A stretch of 32,032 nt of DNA from Bugula neritina (lineage: Eukaryota; Animalia; Bryozoa), in the NCBI GenBank assembly GCA_964035545.1, contig CAXIUT010000199.1, positions 1 through 32,032 on the forward strand, given 5' to 3'. Position 1 is the stretch's first letter; each line of letters opens with the position of its first letter. Shown in pieces: positions 24,302 through 32,032 of the stretch. The notes under the pieces were generated by a model. That model made no database searches. It saw nothing but the letters and a program-made list of their open reading frames with translations, and had not been told where the DNA came from. The translations under genes and the position numbers were made by a program.

Positions 24302-27198
24302 ATGAATAATTCAAAAACTCACTCAAGCTTTGCGATCCCCTTCATCACCTACAAATAAGGATAAGGATTCGCTCTTTCTTCCGAAGCTTAATAATTCCTG
24401 ACCTCTCTACCTGAAAATAGACAACTAGGAATTGTCTCTATCGTTGGAAAATATCGAACAGGCAAAAGTTTTTTTGTTAATAGAGTACTTCTAGATCAAA
24501 AAAAAGGAGGCTTTCAAGTAGGACCAACGATAAATCCATGTACAAAAGGGCTTTGGCTCTGGAAAAAGACAATACCAAGCAGTTCGAATTAAGATATGGA
24601 CATCATTATGATCGATACAGAAGGATTTGGAGGCATGGACTAGAATACCAATCATGACTCACGTATTTTTCTCTTTTCCTTGCTTTTGAGTTCATATTTC
24701 ATTTACAATTCAGTCGGAAGTATAGATTAAAATGCACTGACTACTCTAAACTTAATTATTAATCTTGCTAAATAGATTCAAACTAAGACCAGCTCCAAGG
24801 GAGGATAAGATATAAGTAGCTTTCCAGCATTTTTATGGGTTGTCCGTGACTTCACATTGATGCTTCAAGACAAAAATGGCAACAAAATAAACTCTAAATA
24901 ATATCTTTAAAACGCTCTTTAACTTCAAAAGGGGTCATCTGATGCAGTAGAAAATAAAAATAAGATTAGAAGACACTTAAAACATTTTTTTAGAGACAGA
25001 GATTGTGAGTTAATGGTTCGACCAACATAAAGATAAAAAGATTTACAGAGATTAGACTAAATAGACAACTCTAATCTGAGACCTGAATTTGTTAATCAAG
25101 TTTAATCGATCAGAAGTAAGATATTTGGACAGGTGAAAACTAAGAAGATGAACGATAAGGGACTAAATGGTCAACTATTGGTTAGTTTATGCAAAGGATA
25201 TATGGATGCAATTAACAAAGGACATATTCCTAATGTTGAAAGTGCATGGTTTTATGTATGTAGAAGTTAGGGAATAAGGGCAATAAAAGAAGCTACATCA
25301 TATCTAGAAAAATAAGTTGATAAAATAGTTCAGGATCCTATTGAAATTAGTAAATTTGGTTAAATTAAAAATTAAATAAGATAAAAAGTTCTTTAAAAAT
25401 TCAAGAAGAAATCACTTGGATCAGAAGAAAGTCATCCTGATTTGTTGTAAAAACTTGAAAAAAGATTAAATTAATATATGACAAATCTGACAAAGAAAAA
25501 TAAAACATTGTGGGAAGATAGATATAGGTCTTAAACTTAAAAATTAACAGATAATATAAAATAAAAGATATATAGTGACTAATATGCTTAATTCAGTGAT
25601 TTTGTTTTAGATTTTGAGATAATCAAGTAGGAATATAACCAAGTTACATCTGATGGAGATTCGTTATAAAAGTGGAAATATTTTAATGAGATTTCTTAGA
25701 ACCTCTATAAACTAGCAGGATAGACAATAACTACTAAAATAAATAAGAATCTCAATCATCAGAAAATGATGCTTCAACAAAAGATGAACATCCAATCTGT
25801 GGAGTTATAATAGAGAAATAAGTAATTATAGATATAAAAATAACAGTTGAAGACTAGAGTTGAGTATTTGTAGAAGTAAAATGTTAAAGTGATAGCTCTG
25901 GAAGACAATCATAAAAGTAGAGCACTTCAGTATAAAAATTAACATGATAAAATGTATGAAAAGTATAAATTAATCTACAACTAACATGAAGAAACTCTTA
26001 TAGAAGTTGATAAATTGAAAAAATAGTCTAAGAAACAAGTTGATAATGGTATTTAGTAGACAAAAAATGAGCTTTCCTTTTTAAAATCAACTCTTGAGAA
26101 AGAAAGAGCTTTACATGAGATGTAAAAGAAATATATGGAGTAATAACTTGATAGATATAAATAAAGAGCTATGAATCTTGAAGGATAAAGTAGAAAGTTA
26201 AGAACTAACAATGCTAAGTTGATTTCAGATTATTAATAGCTTTAAAATAAATATGATTAAAGAAAAGAAGAGGCATAAATTCTTGAACAAACTAATTCAT
26301 CATACAGTAAAAAGATATAAACTCTTATTGCATAAAATTCAATGAAAAATTAACTGATGAATGATCAATCAGAATGGATGTTGTAGAAATCATATCTTTA
26401 AAACCAAGTATCATTTCTTAAAAATACTCTTAATTAAAATAAAAGATTACATGATGCTCTTCTAGTTGCTCTTCAACAATCAGTATCAGCTTCATAATCT
26501 GAAGGTAGCAGAGAATTAATAGAAGCTAATAAAAATTTATCTTCTGCTTTATAGAAAGTATAATAAAGATGTAAAATACTTGAATAAAAATATTAGAGAG
26601 TGAAATAATTCAAAAAGGTGATGAAAAATTGTCTATCGATGCAATGTATGGGTTGTTCTAAATGGATACAAACTCATGCTTTTTCATTACATGTTGAACA
26701 ATGTTTAAGAGGAAGTCAATCTACTTTCAAAGAACAAATCTATTATGACTATAATAAATAAAATCTTCATATTTCTGTTGTAGATGCTTGTAGGGAAAGT
26801 CATGATAAGAAAAAGCCATATACATAATACAAAATTCAAATAAGTTTGGGTAATACTAAATGGAAGGTAACTAAACGATATAAGTAGTTTTCTGAACTGC
26901 AACAAGTACTTTTTATTTAATTTAGATGTTGATAAATCGTTTTCCATCTATCAAGTATCCTCCGAGTTGTAATTATTTGGTAGATTATAACAATATGGCT
27001 GCTAATAAGCAAAAAGTAGTTCAAACATAAGAACGAAGAAAGACTTTACAGCAGTATTTGAGAGATCTGAGTAAAATGTAGGATATTAGAACCAGTTAAA
27101 TCTTTAAAAACTTCCTTAACTTCCCTGATAATGGATAATCGGAATTCAAACATAAATACATAGATACTCCTGAACAAAAATAACGACTCTTTATGTGA
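24302..27198 (+). CDS. Guanylate-binding protein (GBP/atlastin-type GTPase) with long coiled coil, C2HC finger and C-terminal PX domain
   Basis: IVGKYRTGKSF, PCTKGLWLW, IDTEGFG, HDSRIF, FLWVVRDF, coiled coil, CMGC-x11-H-x3-C, and PX-like YT(E)YKIQI...WKVTKRYK(E)FSEL...ERRKTLQQYL. 20-nt intron at 26906-26925. Confidence 0.92.
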
Positions 27199-27283
27199 TT
27201 GCTTCAAAATTATAATTAAAAATAGTTATTAATAACATATCAAATATCTATTTTTGAAGGTTTATGATTATTATATTATCAAT

Positions 27284-30200
27284 ATGGGCAAGGGGTTGGG
27301 GTTGGGGTTGGGGTTGGGGTTGGGGTTGGGGTTGGGGTTGGGGTTGGGGTTGGGGTTGGGGTTGGGGGTTAATCGGAAAGTTCTCATTAGCAATAAACTA
27401 TTCTAAACAAATTTCTTCAAATATTGTTAATTTAGTATCAAAATGGCAGTTTTCTTTAGAAGAGATAACACTAATATACAATAATATCTAAAGGTATATC
27501 TACCATCATAAAGGCTTTTAATATTATTCAAAGTTTAGTCGAAAGATATAAGTGTACACATATAATTCCCATGAGATTGTTGGAATTGAAAGAATTCAGA
27601 GATAAATAATTTCAAAAATATAGTCAAAATTTTATTGTGGCTGTGAGACAATATGTGCATATGACTCTTGAACAAAGACTTTAAAGCAAACCTTGTCTGA
27701 CATTCGAATAAAAAAGTAATATCTTGATAATACAGTCTGGATAATATACCAAATGATCTTCTCAGTCTATACAATCCATGATATTTTCAATATTTTTCAT
27801 GGAAACCTCAGAACTTCAAATTTCCTTCTTAATTCTCAAAATTATCTATTCCTTACAGACTTCTCATCTTACAAGCCTATCTACCTTCATCAGGATTCAC
27901 AACTAGGACTATCAGAATTCCGTTTGTTCTATGCTTCTTCTGTATAGAAATGCAATCTTGCTCCTTAAAAGTTAATATAAGGAGATATTTGCACTTTTCA
28001 GCATTCTAAAAGTTTATTTAATTTTACTGAACAGCCTTAGAAAAATGAGAATGACTCTCCTAAAAAAATAAAAAAAAATTGGTAAGATAATAGTGCTTCA
28101 ACTCAAATGAAAAAACTTAAAATGATGGATATGTTTTCATTGGGCCTAAGTATTCTATAGGTTCTAAATAATGGACGTTCCCCAATGACCTACTCAGATC
28201 TTCTTCGCATGAACAAGCAAGGATTTGATTTTTAACCTATTATCAAAGAATCTACAGATAAATTGCCAAGAGGATCAACAGTGATAGCATAACTTCTTAG
28301 AGATTTACTCAAAACTAATCCATAAAGTAGAATTAGTGCTACAAAAGCTCTTCAGAAAGTATCCAGTATTATTGATCAATAAATGTATTTGCTTATATGG
28401 ATGTGTCTTTCAGCTTTCACTAAAAGTAGTTTTTCATCTTGTGATCTAAGAATCAAACTTATCTATGTACTCATTGATTTTATTGAAATTAATATTAGAC
28501 AAAGTGGATATCAATGGTCGAACAAACCACCTCGTTGTCTTGCTAGTTTCGATGCTTTGAAGATATTTGTATAATTAATACAAAAAAATAATCTTTTTAA
28601 TCCTAAAATAAAAGGAGACTCCATTTTTGAAAAATTATTTCATCATTGCTAAAAAACACAAAACTAGCCTTAAAATACTCCTCTTAAAGAATAAATAATA
28701 TTCGAATAAACAGACTAAAGACAAAAATTCTTTATAAATTTATCTAAAAGAACATCAATAGCAAAAAGACTGTCATTGGGTAACAGTCATTACAAAATAA
28801 AACAACTCTGTCCTCCATCACTCAAACAAATCGGACATCTCTTCCAACATCAGTATACGCCAGTCAAACTAACTAGTGTAGAGATGCAACCATCTCATTA
28901 ATAGCTCTTACTACAATCATTTACTAACAATCAATATTATCGCTAGGAAAGAATAAAGGAACAGCAATACTATCAAACTTGTGAAATTATCATCAAAATT
29001 ATATTTTCATGTATGAGAGGATGTAAATATGTTGCTAGCAAGTTGCTAGGAATAGAAATAATCAGTTTGTTAGGGAAAGATTGTAGTGATAACTTCAGGT
29101 TGACTAAATTACTACCTTATCTTATGAATCTATCTGAAGATAGTGATATTTCTGCAGGTAGATAAGCATTTTTTACTTTGCTTAACCTTTTTTATGAATT
29201 TATTGATCCTTTTCATCATGAATAAGACACTAAATACTACTAAATAATTCTCTAATATATAGCAAATATCATTCGACAATCAAAAACTAATAAATTACGA
29301 CCAACTCTCTTCGCTAACTTCCGCTAAGTCTTCTCTATTCTTTAATGGCTATAAATACACTATAAAAGATTTAGTAATACCCTCAAAATCAATCATTCTA
29401 GACTTTTAGATGTCCTTAAAGCGAACTACGGATATTTCTCTAAATAATAAGTCAAATTATTACTCAATGGCAACATTCCTGAACACTTCCTTCCAGATAT
29501 GTTTGAATTTTATCTCAGTCTTATAAATACTGATCGACTTGAAGGGTTCAAACTCAGTCTTAGTCTTGCTAAACATATCAATCCTCTAACACATAGAGAT
29601 ATTCTGGAAGTATTTGATTCATGTGTTGAAAGCGGATTGGAATAATCAGGAGTATCTCTTGTTTATTCGATTAAATATTTTTCTCTTAGAAAAATAACAA
29701 CTAGTTCAATAATTCATAAAATAGCACCACATGTTATCAATCCAAGTAAGTGGGTTCGAGATGAGGCATTAAACTATGTGAAGATGTGTTTGAATGAATT
29801 TCCTCCAACAAAGAATTACTTTTTCTTTAAGGATACATTTACACCTCCTTTTCCACTCCAGCCAGAAGACATAGATGAAGAAGTATTATTACCTCCGATT
29901 CTTAAAGATTCAGATATAGATTGGTATGATAAAAAATTAAAAATAAAAGATCGTTCTCCAACTTTGATACTATTTCAAAATTATTTGTCTAAAATAAGAA
30001 ACATAAAAGAAGATAAAAAGAGAGGTACTTAGAATATTGATAAATGGAATTAAACTTTCAAAACAGTACAATAAGTTGTATAATAAGGAAAACTATTTTA
30101 ATTCTAGACTTATATTAAACGACAACTATAGCTACTATATGAGTACATTATTCTAATTTAGATATAATTTGCTTTATTATGTTCTTAACTTGCCTAATAG

Positions 30201-31872
30201 ATATTCTCCTCCTGAGAAAGATAAGGCTCAAGATAAAGCTTATCAAATTATAGTGGCTTTTAAGAAGGTAGGAAAAAATATTGATCTTGGGACAATTGAT
30301 TATTAAAAAAAAGAACTTTTCTAACAGTTCTAAGGATCTATTAGTATCATTTATATTTATTAAGATTCTACTTTTTAAAGATTACTTTCAAAGAAAAATA
30401 AAAATTTAGGTGAACCAGTTTCAGATAAAATCAAACTCGCATAAGCTATCATCATCATAGGAGAAGTGCTTTGTAGATTTTAAAGTTTCAAAATAAAACC
30501 AATACCAAAATTAGGTACCTACATTCGACAACCTTTAACCTTTGAGAAGTTAGCCAAACCAAAAGGCATCCTTGTTTCTGAGGTTTTCGAGCATACAGAT
30601 AGCATAACTTGTCTTGAAAAAGTAGCTGATCAATTTATTCTTTCGGGATCAGCTGATGGTTCTGTAAGAGTATTTGACTCCAGAAAAATTCAAACTAATG
30701 TGACAACATGTTCATAAGGATGGGTCTAACTACGAGGATAAGGCTAAGAGAAAGCAAAGATAGCTGCTATTGCTTCTTTTGATCAAACATACTCAGCTAT
30801 TGTAGGATCCAACAAAGGTCAAATTCGAGTTTATCCAATTTAAAGATTTCACAAGATGAACTCAGGTAAAAATGATGAGATTGTGAAATATGCGGTTGGA
30901 GGGTAATTATAGAAGATAGTAACTTTAACGAATTAACTTAAAAACTAATGTTTTTGTTATATTACTGCTGATGGCAATCTTGGTGTTCAAGATATTCGTC
31001 TTAAATCAAAAGCAATGACTTGCTCTATTGGTAGATAGAGAGGCCTACCTAAAGCTTTATGTGCCACGAATAGACAATCAATTTTGATTGGCACTATTGA
31101 TGGTTATGTCGTTAATTTCGATATCCGCTTCAACATCGTATCTAGTGTCTTACAACTACAAAATTAAAATTAAACTTTGCCTATTTCAAATATTGTAGTA
31201 TCACCTTATTTCAATTAACAGCATTAACCTCTCTTTGCCTTTACATATCCTTCAAATCACTTTTAGTTTTGTTGTTTCAATCTTCAGGATAACAGTCATG
31301 AATTTGGTCCATAGAGACAGGTGACAAGCATTAACTCATAATAGATTATATCAACTCCTTATTTTGTTAACAGAACAAGTGACTAACAATTCAAAATATG
31401 TCGCAATAGTCTTATGTGGAGAAAAACCTATGAACAACTAAGTGATTTTAACAACAACTTCAATATTTTTGACTATCTTTCTGATCCACTTACAAGAAAA
31501 TAAGCTAAAATACGATAAATATGGCTAGATAATTCAAAAAATAGGTACAATCAAATATCATCTCTCTATCAAAGAAAACATCTTCCCTTTCTAGAATTTT
31601 TACACACAGGAGTACTTACATCATGTAATCCGCTTCCCACTCTTCCACATGATCTCAAACAGAGACCACCATTCGCACTACTATCATAACGAAAGGAACC
31701 AGTTCGTTAGATATATGACTTGGAAAGACCATTGACAAGTTTACCGAATCCATCTCACAAGTTATTGAGTTTTTCAGGAGAGGAAACAAAGGAATATTTT
31801 ACTTGTTGTCGAGTTTTGCCTAATTTGGTTGTGGCTGGATGTCGCAATTCTCAATTAAAGATCTATATATGA
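27284..31872 (+). CDS. VPS15: Vps15 / PIK3R4 (class III PI3K regulatory subunit: pseudokinase, HEAT, WD40)
   Basis: MG start (Vps15 is myristoylated), VRQYV..TLEQRL, EK|IWIIYQ, HGNLRTSN, LTDFSSYKPIYL, LAP(E), MDMFSLG, HEAT region LLPYL and NPSKWVR, WD40 EHTDSITCL...LSGSADGSVRVFD. Introns at 27494-27513, 27716-27735 (20 nt each) and 30143-30161 (19 nt). Confidence 0.93.
27292..27370. repeat. Internal telomeric tract (GGGGTT), about 13 units
   Basis: G4T2 repeats beginning 8 nt after the first base of the Vps15 ATG. Confidence 0.97.
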
Positions 31873-31940
31873 TTCATGTAGTAAATCATAATACTAATGA
31901 GATTAGTATTAATTGATTTGATATCATATTTGAAAGTGAA

Positions 31941-32032
31941 GTTGGGGTTGGGGTTGGGGTTGGGGTTGGGGTTGGGGTTGGGGTTGGGGTTGGGGTTGGG
32001 GTTGGGGTTGGGGTTGGGGTTGGGGTTGGGTG
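31941..32032. repeat. Right telomere (GGGGTT)n, about 15 units
   Basis: G4T2 repeats running to the end of the sequence. Confidence 0.98.

Noticed and set aside
18000-27370. Segment between the two internal tracts as a telomere-bearing transposon (TBE/Tel-1-like) or CRISPR-like array
   Set aside because: The tracts are direct rather than inverted, there is no transposase, target-site duplication or spacer structure, and the content is housekeeping genes.
27264-27491. ORF-track protein with (WG)n repeats as a GW/Argonaute-hook protein
   Set aside because: It is only another frame of the telomeric repeat, overlapping the Vps15 start.
706-27774. Antisense or off-frame ORFs in the supplied track (for example 706-1056, 4456-4683, 9039-9221, 15050-15310, 17392-17643, 19873-20115, 20529-20735)
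   Set aside because: They are shadows of real genes, produced by translating with the standard code.
1-32032. tRNA, rRNA or Tetrahymena-type Cbs sequences
   Set aside because: None recognisable by eye; tRNAscan-SE and Infernal would be needed to exclude small RNAs.

Overview
This window looks like a complete telomere-to-telomere ciliate macronuclear chromosome of 32 kb, with (CCCCAA)n at the left end and (GGGGTT)n at the right. It is very AT-rich and gene-dense, with about 16 protein genes. The supplied ORF track fragments every gene because the genetic code is non-standard: both TAA and TAG encode Glu and TGA is the only stop (NCBI table 30, known from peritrichs). Genes in order are two tandem carbonyl-reductase-like SDRs, a choline/ethanolamine phosphotransferase, a hypothetical protein, ABCG #1, aminopeptidase P, a CCCH zinc-finger protein, a cytosolic carboxypeptidase, a UBR-box E3 ligase, ABCG #2, an NPSN-like SNARE, a CK1-like kinase, kinesin-2, a membrane protein, a GBP-coiled coil-C2HC-PX protein and Vps15. 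Five structural points stand out. (1) Two internal (GGGGTT)n tracts of telomere length lie inside the CK1 and Vps15 reading frames. (2) All four telomere tracts start 54-93 nt after the stop of a gene transcribed toward them. (3) Introns are 19-22 nt, mostly exactly 20. (4) Every confidently placed stop is TGA followed by T. (5) Paralog pairs share patches of nucleotide identity. Single-base homopolymer indels, mainly in the left 10 kb, look like long-read errors, so some gene ends are approximate. All family calls come from motif recognition by eye, with no database search.
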